A model generated the notes under the pieces. It did not search any database and was not told where the DNA came from. It saw only the letters and a list, made by a program, of their open reading frames with translations. Position numbers and translations under genes: made by a program. Below are positions 30,605 through 39,139 of a DNA stretch of 64,000 nt, one piece after another (position 1 is the first letter of the stretch; each line of letters begins with the position of its first letter). The stretch lies in the NCBI GenBank assembly GCA_934446065.1, contig CAKSDP010000003.1, positions 35,349 to 99,348 of the forward strand, written 5' to 3'. Origin of the DNA: an uncultured Eubacteriales bacterium (GTDB lineage: Bacteria > Bacillota > Clostridia > Oscillospirales > CAG-272).

Positions 30605-31851
30605 TCGATCTTCACCTGCACGGGATACTCGCCTATCGGGTACAGATCGGCGGACATTCCGGAGACGGAGACCTCCGCGTTGACCGAAAGTGTTCCGGTG
30701 ATGTTGTTGTACTCCGAAAGATTCACGGTCACGGTAATATCGTCTGCCGTAAGCTTCAGAAGCTTTTCAGCCGTACCTCTGATCTGGACGCTGAGCGAGC
30801 TTGTCTGAAGCTCATACTTAAGCTTATCGGCGCCGAGCACCCTTATCGAATTCACGGTAAACGCCTTGACCGACGTTCCCTTGTGCGCAATCGAGACGCG
30901 TACGGTATCGGTATCGTCGGCGACGGTGGTTCCGGTCGGTGCGGTCAGCTTATAGACCTGCATCACGTTGGACGTGATCCGCCGCTCGTCAAGGATTGCG
31001 ACGGTGATAGAGTCGATCTTCTCCAGCGTTCCGGGATCGCCCTTCAGCTCCACGCTTGCAGGATCGAGAGTCACCGTAACGTTCTTATCGTTGTAGTAGC
31101 CGTTTTTGTAGTCCACCTTGAGCGGCACGGTCTTGGTCGTGGTTACGGGCACCGTCACCTTGATCTCCGAACGCGCGGGCTGGACATACCGCATATCGAT
31201 CGCGTTGCCGTCCTTGCCGATCAGCTCAACCTTGCCGACCGCGGAAACGGTAGATGATATCTCGCCGAGGTCAAGTGAGATCTGCGCGCAGTCTATGGTA
31301 TTTATGATCTCTCCGGGTCCTGTCACGCCGATGATCGTGTAATCGGGCACGGCATCTCCGAGCTCGCACCCCTGCGCGACCACGGCGCTCGTTACCTTTG
31401 CGACCACATCTATTTCCTTCGTGACCTTGGTATCGGTATAAACCGTAATATTTGAAACGGAAACCGAACCGATCCTTATCCCCGACGGGACCTCGCCCTG
31501 CACCTGAACGCTGTGTCTGCCGCTCTCGGTGATCGAACCGACATCCGCATAGAGGCGGATGCTGTCGGAGGTATATCTGTTGATATCGCTCTTGCGCCCG
31601 ACAACAGTGACATTCGCAGTGTTGCCGTAACCGCTGTAAACGTACAATCCCGACTCGGACTCGAGCAGTGAGGTATTCTCAAGCTCGATCGCCACGCCGT
31701 TGAACGTCTCCTCATAATCGGATGTTTCGATCTGCGTCACATACAGCCACAGCACAAAGGCGAACACGACGCACAGTATTTTCGGAACGATATCGTAACC
31801 GCCACGCTTTTTTTCGTTTGTATTTGTATTTTTCATAAGCGTACGCCCCAA
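30601..31851 (-). CDS. cdaR: YbbR-domain protein, diadenylate cyclase regulator CdaR
   Basis: N-terminal TM anchor then repeated YbbR-like beta domains; immediately downstream of cdaA, overlapping stop/start. Confidence 0.8.
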   Translation of the reverse strand: MGRTLMKNTNTNEKKRGGYDIVPKILCVVFAFVLWLYVTQIETSDYEETFNGVAIELENTSLLESESGLYVYSGYGNTANVTVVGRKSDINRYTSDSIRLYADVGSITESGRHSVQVQGEVPSGIRIGSVSVSNITVYTDTKVTKEIDVVAKVTSAVVAQGCELGDAVPDYTIIGVTGPGEIINTIDCAQISLDLGEISSTVSAVGKVELIGKDGNAIDMRYVQPARSEIKVTVPVTTTKTVPLKVDYKNGYYNDKNVTVTLDPASVELKGDPGTLEKIDSITVAILDERRITSNVMQVYKLTAPTGTTVADDTDTVRVSIAHKGTSVKAFTVNSIRVLGADKLKYELQTSSLSVQIRGTAEKLLKLTADDITVTVNLSEYNNITGTLSVNAEVSVSGMSADLYPIGEYPVQVKIE

Positions 31852-31863
31852 AATAGAATTTTA

Positions 31864-32853
31864 TCAGCCGTCCGTCCGATCCGAGCCGGAGTTTGCCGCG
31901 TCCTTGTCATCGCCGGGTTCTGCGGGCTTTGAGTCCGCGCTACCGTCGGCATTGCCGATCTTGCCGATCGCTCCTCTGAGCGATCTTGTATTCATCAGAT
32001 ACTCAAGCTTTGTGCGGAAGCGTCCGTGACCGCGCTCCTCTGTTACAAGATATTCGTTCAGCGCTGCCGCGAGCGATTCTGCCGTGAATCCTCGTCTGAG
32101 CTTGCCCTCGGCGGCAAGCGAAATAACTCCCGTTTCCTCGGAGACGACTACGACCACGGCGTCGCTGTTCTCGCTTATGCCGAGCGCCGCGCGGTGCCGT
32201 GTGCCGAGATCGCGCGTTATCTCCTGACTCTGCGACAGAGGAAGAAGACATCCGGCGGCATACAGCCGCATATCGCGGATTATGAGCGCTCCGTCATGGA
32301 GCGGGGATTTGTTGAAAAATATATTTTTTATGAGCGGTACGGAGACCTGCGAGTCTATCACCGTTCCGGTGAGTATGAGGTCGCCGAGCTTCGTCGTGCG
32401 CTCAAACACGATGAGTGCGCCGGTTTTTTTCTCCGACATTTCCGCCGCAGCCTGCGCGACGGTCTCGATCATACCGGCCTTTTCGCGGTCGTCCTTTGAT
32501 TCTCCGAAGCTGCGCATTCCCTTGAGGGAGCCGCCTCCGACCTTCTCGAGCGCGGCGCGGAACTCCGGCTGAAATACTATAAGTATCGCGATTATTCCGA
32601 TCTGGAAGACGTTCTGCATAATATAGCTCAGGACCCTCATATGGATGAGGTTGCTGACGAAAAGCAGCAAAAGTATCGTAATTATGCCGACAGCGAGCTT
32701 TCCGGCACGTCTGTCGCGTATGAACTTGAACACGTAGTACAGTATTATCGCAACGAGCGCGATATCTATAAGATCTGCAAAGCGGAATGTCGAGAGATTT
32801 CTTACGATACTGTTCCAGTATTCGGCGGCTTTATCCCAAAACACAAGTCGCAC
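31864..32853 (-). CDS. cdaA: diadenylate cyclase CdaA (c-di-AMP synthase) with C-terminal extension
   Basis: Three N-terminal TM helices, DAC domain motifs DGA (LHDGALIIR), RHRAALG, GAL; 329 aa. Confidence 0.9.
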   Translation of the reverse strand: MRLVFWDKAAEYWNSIVRNLSTFRFADLIDIALVAIILYYVFKFIRDRRAGKLAVGIITILLLLFVSNLIHMRVLSYIMQNVFQIGIIAILIVFQPEFRAALEKVGGGSLKGMRSFGESKDDREKAGMIETVAQAAAEMSEKKTGALIVFERTTKLGDLILTGTVIDSQVSVPLIKNIFFNKSPLHDGALIIRDMRLYAAGCLLPLSQSQEITRDLGTRHRAALGISENSDAVVVVVSEETGVISLAAEGKLRRGFTAESLAAALNEYLVTEERGHGRFRTKLEYLMNTRSLRGAIGKIGNADGSADSKPAEPGDDKDAANSGSDRTDG

Positions 32854-32969
32854 CTCCTTCGGATATAATACAGGTATTATATAATATAATAGTATACCAT
32901 AAAACTGTGCCTATTTCAAACATTTTTTATGAATTATGAGGGAAAGCACACGATATTTTCACACCTCTA

Positions 32970-32998
32970 TTTACAGACAGCGCGATCGGTGCTATAAT
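32970..32998 (+). promoter_or_regulatory. near-consensus sigma-A promoter for mtaB: TTTACA-17-TGcTATAAT
   Basis: TTTACA at 32970-32975, 17-nt spacer, extended -10 TGcTATAAT at 32990-32998, GGAGA RBS at 33024. Confidence 0.55.
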
Positions 32999-33030
32999 CT
33001 ATAATAGATATTTATGCGCAAAACCGGAGA

Positions 33031-34347
33031 ATGGTCATGAATCCTACCGTATCCTTCTGCACTCTCGGGTGCAGGGTAAATCAATATGAATCAAGCGCCA
33101 TGTCAGCCGCCCTCGAGGAGGACGGCTTTACCGTCGTGCCGTTCGGCGATCCGTGCGACGTTTGCATCGTGAACACCTGCACGGTCACATCCGAAAGCGA
33201 CCGCAAAAGCCGTCAGATGATACGGCGCGCCGCCAAATATTCGTCGGGAAACGTGATCGTATGCGGCTGCTTTGCCGAGGTATCGGCGGACAGCGCCGCC
33301 GCGATCGACGGTGTCATTGCCGTGATCGGAAACAAAAACAAATCCGCCGTGACAGAGGCGGCAAAAGCGGCGGCTTCGGGCACAGGCGTGATCAATGCGG
33401 ACAAGCCGGACGGAGAATCCTTCGAGAGCTGCGATAACGCGATGCTCCTGCGTCCCGGCCGCGTTCGCTCGTTCATCAAGGTCGAAGACGGCTGCGAGGG
33501 TAGGTGCGCGTACTGCATCATTCCGAAGGCGCGCGGTCCCGTCCGCTCGAAATCGCCGGAGCTTGTTCTGCGCGAGGCGGCGGCTCTTGCCGCAGCAGGA
33601 TCGCCCGAGGTGATCCTCACGGGGATCGAGATATCGGCATACGGCGCCGATCTTCCTCGGAACGGGGACGGCTCGCGCTACGATCTGTCGTACCTCATAC
33701 GCGATGTTGCGAATCTTACCGATATCCGCCGAATTGCGATGGGATCGCTCGATCCGACGCTGATGACGGACGCATTTCTTGCGCGGATCGCGGAGGTACC
33801 GGAACTTGTGCGTCATTTTCACCTGTCGCTCCAAAGCGGATCGTCGGCAACGCTCGCGAGAATGCGGCGGCGCTACAATGCGGATCAGGCGATGCGCTTC
33901 ATCGAAGCCGCGCGGCGGTACTTCCCGGACGCAATGCTCAGCGCAGACGTGATCGTCGGCTTCCCCGGCGAGAGCGAAGCCGATTTTCTCGACAGCGCCC
34001 GCTTCTGTGAGGAGGCGGAGCTTCTTAACCTGCACATATTCCCGTATTCGGTGAGGCGCGGGACTGCGGCGGCAGAGATGGACGGACAGATCCCGGAAGA
34101 CGAAAAGAGACGCCGCGCCGAGGAGATGGAGCGTATGCACGAAGGTGTACGCTCACGGATAATGTCCCGCTACGCAGACAGAAAGGCTCCGGTCCACGTG
34201 CTGTTTGAGCGCAGCCGCGGCGGTATTCTTTCCGGGCACAGCGAACATTTCGTGGAGCTTGAGGTTCCGGGAGACGAGTCCCTTGTCGGTCGGATATGCC
34301 GCGTGATGCCGAACGCTGACGGAACCGGCGTCCTATATGACGAATGA
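33031..34347 (+). CDS. mtaB: radical-SAM tRNA methylthiotransferase, MtaB/MiaB family
   Basis: N-terminal MTTase Cys triad (C..C..C), radical SAM CAYCIIP, C-terminal TRAM domain; 438 aa. Confidence 0.85.
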   Translation: MVMNPTVSFCTLGCRVNQYESSAMSAALEEDGFTVVPFGDPCDVCIVNTCTVTSESDRKSRQMIRRAAKYSSGNVIVCGCFAEVSADSAAAIDGVIAVIGNKNKSAVTEAAKAAASGTGVINADKPDGESFESCDNAMLLRPGRVRSFIKVEDGCEGRCAYCIIPKARGPVRSKSPELVLREAAALAAAGSPEVILTGIEISAYGADLPRNGDGSRYDLSYLIRDVANLTDIRRIAMGSLDPTLMTDAFLARIAEVPELVRHFHLSLQSGSSATLARMRRRYNADQAMRFIEAARRYFPDAMLSADVIVGFPGESEADFLDSARFCEEAELLNLHIFPYSVRRGTAAAEMDGQIPEDEKRRRAEEMERMHEGVRSRIMSRYADRKAPVHVLFERSRGGILSGHSEHFVELEVPGDESLVGRICRVMPNADGTGVLYDE

Positions 34348-34369
34348 CTGTTGAGGTAAACACAGAAAA

Positions 34370-35761
34370 ATGAACATACTTAAAAAATACATAGGCACGC
34401 GCGAATTCTACCTTCGCGTATTCGCACTGGCGATCCCGATAATGGTGCAGAACGGCATCACGAATTTCGTCAGTATGCTTGACAACATAATGGTCGGACG
34501 CGTCGGAACGCTCGAGATGACGGGAGTTGCCGTGGCAAACCAGCTCTTCTTCGTATTCTTCCTCTGCGTTTTCGGTACGGTATCGGGTGCGGGAATATTT
34601 GTGGCGCAGTTCCACGGAAACGGCGACACCGAGGGCATCCGCCGCACGTTCCGTTTCAAGCTGATATCAAGCTTTCTGATATCGGCGATCGGTATCGGAA
34701 TATTCCTGCTGTTCGGTCGCGATCTTATATCGATGTATCTGCGCGGCAGCGGAGAGAACAACCCCGCCGATGTTGCGGCGGCGCTCGAATTCGCATGGCA
34801 GTATCTGCTCATTATGCTCGTGGGGCTTTTGCCGTACGCGATCGTGCAGTGCTATTCGAGCACGCTGCGCGAGACCGGGCGTCCCCTGCTCCCGATGGTC
34901 GCGGGCGTCATCGCGGTCATAACGAACCTCGTGCTGAACACCGTTCTGATATTCGGCAAGCTCGGCGCTCCCCGCCTCGGCACGAACGGTGCCGCGATCG
35001 CGACGGTCATCTCCCGCTTTGTCGAGCTTCTGATCGTATCCGTTTGGACGTACATGAAGCGGCGCGACAATCCGTTCATCGTAGGTGCGCTGAAAAGCCT
35101 CCGCGTTCCGCTCTCGCTTGTGCGCGACATCACGATCAAGGGAATGCCGCTCATGCTGAACGAGACGCTGTGGTCCGCCGGCATCGCAATGCTCAGCCAG
35201 TGCTACTCCGAGCGCGGCATGGCGGTCGTTTCGGCGAACACGATCTGCCAGACCTTCTCGAATGTGTTTTCAACTGCTTTCATGGCGGTCGGCACCGCGA
35301 TCGGCATCATTCTCGGTCAGATGCTCGGAGCAGACAGAAAGGACGAGGCACGCGACTCGGCGCGAAAGCTGATCACATTCTCGGTCATGGTATCCGTTAT
35401 CGTATCGGCGCTGTTCTTTGTCGCATCGGCGTATATCCCGCTGATGTACAACACGTCCGACGAAATACGCATGACGGCTCACCGCATGATGCAGATATGC
35501 GCTGTGGCGATGCCGCTCGACGCGTTCGCGAACGCCGCGTACTTTACCCTGCGCTCCGGCGGAAAGACGCTTATAACGATCCTGTTTGACAGCTGCTTCG
35601 TCTGGGTCGTAAGCGTTCCAACAGCATACTTCCTGAGCCGGTACACTGCCGTGTCCATCTTCGTTATCTACGCGATATGCCAAGGCGAAAACTTCATAAA
35701 AGACGTGTTCGGCTTCATTCTCGTAAAGCGCGGCATTTGGGTAAAGAATATTGTAAAGTAA
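34370..35761 (+). CDS. MATE-family efflux transporter
   Basis: 463 aa, 12 TM, tandem MatE repeats (GTLEMTGVAVANQLFF...; GMPLMLNETLWSAGIAMLS). Confidence 0.85.
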   Translation: MNILKKYIGTREFYLRVFALAIPIMVQNGITNFVSMLDNIMVGRVGTLEMTGVAVANQLFFVFFLCVFGTVSGAGIFVAQFHGNGDTEGIRRTFRFKLISSFLISAIGIGIFLLFGRDLISMYLRGSGENNPADVAAALEFAWQYLLIMLVGLLPYAIVQCYSSTLRETGRPLLPMVAGVIAVITNLVLNTVLIFGKLGAPRLGTNGAAIATVISRFVELLIVSVWTYMKRRDNPFIVGALKSLRVPLSLVRDITIKGMPLMLNETLWSAGIAMLSQCYSERGMAVVSANTICQTFSNVFSTAFMAVGTAIGIILGQMLGADRKDEARDSARKLITFSVMVSVIVSALFFVASAYIPLMYNTSDEIRMTAHRMMQICAVAMPLDAFANAAYFTLRSGGKTLITILFDSCFVWVVSVPTAYFLSRYTAVSIFVIYAICQGENFIKDVFGFILVKRGIWVKNIVK

Positions 35762-35770
35762 AAAAGCATA

Positions 35771-35799
35771 AAAAGCCTGTACGCTCGGACAGGCTTTTT
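35771..35799 (+). terminator. rho-independent terminator after MATE gene
   Basis: AAAGCCTGT-acgctcgg-ACAGGCTTT followed by TTTAT. Confidence 0.7.
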
Positions 35800-35807
35800 A
35801 TCGCGGG

Positions 35808-35836
35808 GTTTACATTACAGGAAAATCATGTTATAA
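35808..35836 (+). promoter_or_regulatory. near-consensus sigma-A promoter for the LRR-dockerin gene: TTTACA-17-TGtTATAAT
   Basis: TTTACA 35808-35813, 17-nt spacer, TGtTATAAT ending 35836; AAAGGA RBS before ATG 35900. Confidence 0.55.
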
Positions 35837-35899
35837 TTAAGAAGGAATTACATAATACACAGAAAACTGATACAAGAAAAATGAAAGGACTCCTCGATC

Positions 35900-36988
35900 A
35901 TGAGAAAAATGCTATCACTATTTCTTGCAGCGGTTATGATAATTTTGGCTGTTCCGATGACCGCAGTCACAGTCTCGGCGGAGACGGACGGGTTCTACAC
36001 TTACAGGATCGCCGACAGACAGGCGATCATAACCGGCGTGGACAGAACCATCAGCGGAAACGTAACGATCCCGGACAAGCTCGGCGGCTATCCCGTGACC
36101 GAGATAGGTGTGCGGGCATTCTACAAATGCACAAATCTCAAGAGGGTCACTGTGCCGGGCAGCGTGAAAGCGATAGGCGACTACGCGTTTATGGACTGCT
36201 CGAACCTCACGGGGCTTGTGATCCTGAAGGGAGTAACGAGCATCGGCAACAGCGCGTTCTGCAACTGCTTCGCTCTCACAAGTGTGACTCTCCCGGACAG
36301 TGTCACGATCATCTCGGATTTTGCATTTGAAGCCTGCAAAAATCTCAAAAGCATCACGCTTCCGAACAGTGTCACAACTATCGGCGAATACGCCTTCGGC
36401 TTCTGCATAAGCCTTGAGAATATAGACATTTCCGAACGTGTGACGTCTATCAGCACGGGTGCCTTTTACGACTGCGCAAAGCTCACGGACATCGCGCTCC
36501 CCGCAAGCGTCGTTGCCATCGGCAGAAATGCGTTCACGGACTCTGGGCTTGAGGATATATACTACCCCGGAAGCAGCGACAGCTGGTACGGCATTGACAT
36601 ACATAGTGAAAACACAACATTGAACAAGGCAAATGTTCACTTCAGCATTACAGACCCCTCGACGCATTACAAGTACCGCGAAAAGCAGCCGGGAATGTAT
36701 GAGGAGGGCGAACGCGGCTACTACTGCTCCTGCGGATTTACAAAGAATGTCGAAGTGCTCCCCGCACTGAGCGGAACTGCTTACAGTTACAAGGTACTTG
36801 ACGGCGAAGTTACAATCACCGGCACCACAAAACACCCTGAAAACATAGTAATTCCAAGCACTATCGACGGATATCCGGTAACGGGCATTGCGGACAGAGC
36901 ATTCAGGGGGAACCGCGAAATTAAAACCGTGACGATCCAGTCGGGCGTAAAGAGTATCGGTAAGGAAGCATTCAACGGTGTCACATAA
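35900..36988 (+). CDS. secreted leucine-rich-repeat (BspA-type LRR) surface protein, N-terminal part; terminated by in-frame TAA inside a repeat unit
   Basis: Signal peptide MRKMLSLFLAAVMIILAVPMTAVTVSA; repeated about 23-aa units ...C.NL..I.IP.SVT.IG..AF.. Confidence 0.8.
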   Translation: MRKMLSLFLAAVMIILAVPMTAVTVSAETDGFYTYRIADRQAIITGVDRTISGNVTIPDKLGGYPVTEIGVRAFYKCTNLKRVTVPGSVKAIGDYAFMDCSNLTGLVILKGVTSIGNSAFCNCFALTSVTLPDSVTIISDFAFEACKNLKSITLPNSVTTIGEYAFGFCISLENIDISERVTSISTGAFYDCAKLTDIALPASVVAIGRNAFTDSGLEDIYYPGSSDSWYGIDIHSENTTLNKANVHFSITDPSTHYKYREKQPGMYEEGERGYYCSCGFTKNVEVLPALSGTAYSYKVLDGEVTITGTTKHPENIVIPSTIDGYPVTGIADRAFRGNREIKTVTIQSGVKSIGKEAFNGVT

Positions 36989-38632
36989 ATGACGGACATT
37001 ACGATTCCCGACAGTGTTACGAGTATTGGGAATTATGCGTTCTCCGGATGCCCAAAACTTCAGAGTATGATCATTCCAAAGGGCGTAACGAGCATTTCCG
37101 ACGGTATGTTCTACAACTGTTCGGAACTTACGGACGTTACTGTCCACGATAATGTAATAAGCATTGGCGCAAAGGCATTTTACGGTTGTTCAATTCTCTC
37201 AGGCATCGCTATTCCCGACAGTGTTACGAGCATCGGCGAGAAGGCTTTCTGCTTTTGTTTACGTATTTCAAGCATCACAATACCCAAGTCGATGACAAAC
37301 ATCGGAGAATATACATTTTCCTCCTGCACCGGTCTTACGGACATTACGATCCCGAGCAACATAACAAGCATCGGTAATCATGCATTTTTAATGTGCACAA
37401 ATCTTACAAGCATCACTATTCCCGACAGCGTGACAAGCATCGGTATGTATGCATTCAAAGAATGCACAAGCCTTCAAAGCATCGTCATACCAGACAGTAT
37501 AACAAGCATTAGCCGTAATATGTTCGATGGCTGCTCAAGCCTTTCAAGCATTACTGTACCGAGCGGAATAACGGAAATCGAGGTATGTGCATTTCAAAAT
37601 TGCTCAAGTCTTGTTAGTTTCACCATACCCGATGGGTTGACAATAATCAATTCGTCTGTCTTTTCCGGATGCACAAATCTCTCAAGTGTAATCATACCCG
37701 ATAGTGTGACAGAAATTGATGGTAATGCATTCGCCGAATGTTCAAGCCTTGCAAGCATAACGATACCAAACAGCGTGACATATATTGGCTATTCCGCATT
37801 TATTGGCTGCTGCAGTCTTACAAGCATTACAATACCCTATGGCGTAACGGCGATACAAGGCAGCACCTTCGAATCCTGCACAGGTCTCGTAAACATCACC
37901 ATTCCAGACAGTGTAACGGGTATTGGTATGTCAGCGTTTTACGAATGTTCAAGCCTTGTAAGTATAACATTACCCGATAGCATAGAATATATACACCCTC
38001 AAGCATTCTACGAGTGTGCAAATCTTGCAAGCATAACGATACCCGACGGCGTTTCCACCATCTATAGCTACACATTTTCATACTGCAAAAATCTTACAAG
38101 TATCACTATTCCCAAAAGCGTAAAGTTCATCCGTATGGATGCGTTCGGAAAATGCGCAGACCTTAAAGATGTATACTATGCCGGAAGCCGCAAGGATTGG
38201 GAAAATATCGAGATAGAAGAACGCAACGAAGACTTTATTGACGCTTTCGTTCACTACAACATATCGGACCCCGAAGGTCACTACGAGCTTGTAACCACAC
38301 CTCCCACCTGCACGAAAGACGGACGTAGCATTGAGGTTTGCCCCTGCGGACATTCAAAAAATGAGCTCACAATCCCGGCGACCGGTCACAAGTACGAGAA
38401 CGGTACGTGCACGGTCTGCGGCGAAGCAAAGCCCGATGTGATACTCGGTGACGCAGGCGGCGACGGCGCGGTCAGGATCGGTGACGCGATAACGATTCTC
38501 AAGCACGTTGCGGGGTGGCAAGGAATCACAATTGACACCGACACCGCCGACGTGGATGCAAGCGGCAAGGTCGATTTGAACGACGCGATACTTGTTTTAA
38601 GGAAGATCGCCGGATGGGCTGTGGATTTCTGA
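36989..38632 (+). CDS. LRR protein C-terminal part with type-I dockerin; same frame as the upstream ORF, separated only by TAA (probable single disrupted roughly 910-aa gene)
   Basis: At least 17 more LRR units then dockerin duplicate Ca-binding segments GDAGGDGAVRIGDAITILKHVAG and DVDASGKVDLNDAILVLRKIAG; ATG 36989 immediately follows TAA 36986-36988. Confidence 0.8.
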   Translation: MTDITIPDSVTSIGNYAFSGCPKLQSMIIPKGVTSISDGMFYNCSELTDVTVHDNVISIGAKAFYGCSILSGIAIPDSVTSIGEKAFCFCLRISSITIPKSMTNIGEYTFSSCTGLTDITIPSNITSIGNHAFLMCTNLTSITIPDSVTSIGMYAFKECTSLQSIVIPDSITSISRNMFDGCSSLSSITVPSGITEIEVCAFQNCSSLVSFTIPDGLTIINSSVFSGCTNLSSVIIPDSVTEIDGNAFAECSSLASITIPNSVTYIGYSAFIGCCSLTSITIPYGVTAIQGSTFESCTGLVNITIPDSVTGIGMSAFYECSSLVSITLPDSIEYIHPQAFYECANLASITIPDGVSTIYSYTFSYCKNLTSITIPKSVKFIRMDAFGKCADLKDVYYAGSRKDWENIEIEERNEDFIDAFVHYNISDPEGHYELVTTPPTCTKDGRSIEVCPCGHSKNELTIPATGHKYENGTCTVCGEAKPDVILGDAGGDGAVRIGDAITILKHVAGWQGITIDTDTADVDASGKVDLNDAILVLRKIAGWAVDF

Positions 38633-38642
38633 GCGATAAGAC

Positions 38643-38677
38643 AAAAAATGCTGTTACTTTCGTAACAGCATTTTTTC
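38643..38677. terminator. bidirectional intrinsic terminator (perfect 8-bp stem, A-run/T-run on both sides)
   Basis: AAAAAAT-GCTGTTAC-tttc-GTAACAGC-ATTTTTT; sits 11 nt after LRR-dockerin stop and just after the stranded copy of the DUF2156-gene 3' end. Confidence 0.75.
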
Positions 38678-38804
38678 TATTGTTTTCTCAGCAGCAGAAC
38701 ACGGTATACTTCTTCAGCATTTTCACCGGGTGCAGAGAGGATTTTGACTGCCGCAATCCGGGGATGCCCATATCCTCTTCCCTGTTCACGAACTTCACGT
38801 CGGG
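38657..38804. repeat. direct repeat copy A (stranded 3' fragment of DUF2156-like gene: last 38 codons plus 3' flank)
   Basis: About 96 % identical to 41029-41176 (5 mismatches, 1 indel); minus strand encodes ..PDVKFVNREEDMGIPGLRQSKSSLHPVKMLKKYTVFCC*. Confidence 0.85.
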
Positions 38805-39079
38805 ACGGAAACACAAATGAGCGAACGGCTTAGTTCGCTTTCAATGTTCCGTGCCGATGTATATACAAGTCTTAAAACTCAAAAGGTAACTGCTTATGAG
38901 AAGCAGATGCTGTGTGTGGTGCTGTCTTTCAAGCGACAGGGTGACAGTAGTAACTGTCGCGGCACTTGGTATTCAGTTTTTACCCGACCTCGGTCGGCAG
39001 TCTTATTATACCATGTGCAGGGAATTTTTGTTAAAGCGGGCGCATAAAGTATATGGATAACGGGAATACTATTCCGTTT

Positions 39080-39129
39080 CGGCGTAAGCAAAGACACCGC
39101 CGAGAGCAGTTATAGTGCTTGCTCTCGGC
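39080..39129 (-). terminator. intrinsic terminator of the sigma-fusion gene
   Basis: 12-bp perfect stem CCGCCGAGAGCA/TGCTCTCGGCGG (39095-39106 / 39118-39129) followed on minus strand by TGTCTTTGCTT. Confidence 0.55.
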
Positions 39130-39139
39130 GGTAGTTCAA

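Noticed and set aside
30604-32853. Missing glmM downstream of cdaA-cdaR
   Set aside because: cdaA-cdaR-glmM is common but not universal. This is simply a different downstream neighbour (an FAD-dependent oxidoreductase), with no sign of rearrangement.
35918-37147. 409-aa minus-strand ORF inside the LRR-dockerin gene
   Set aside because: It is antisense to a coding region with clear periodic LRR structure and a signal peptide. The antisense translation has no features.
36000-38200. Tandem ~69-nt DNA repeats
   Set aside because: These are the coding repeats of the leucine-rich-repeat protein (about 23-aa units), not a non-coding satellite or CRISPR array. Spacing is regular but no spacer/repeat alternation is present.
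38614-38820. 68-aa ORF and the 41136-41414 ORF reading through the direct repeats
   Set aside because: Both are plus-strand antisense translations of the DUF2156-gene 3' end and its duplicated fragment. Their similarity is a consequence of the DNA repeat, not evidence of a gene.
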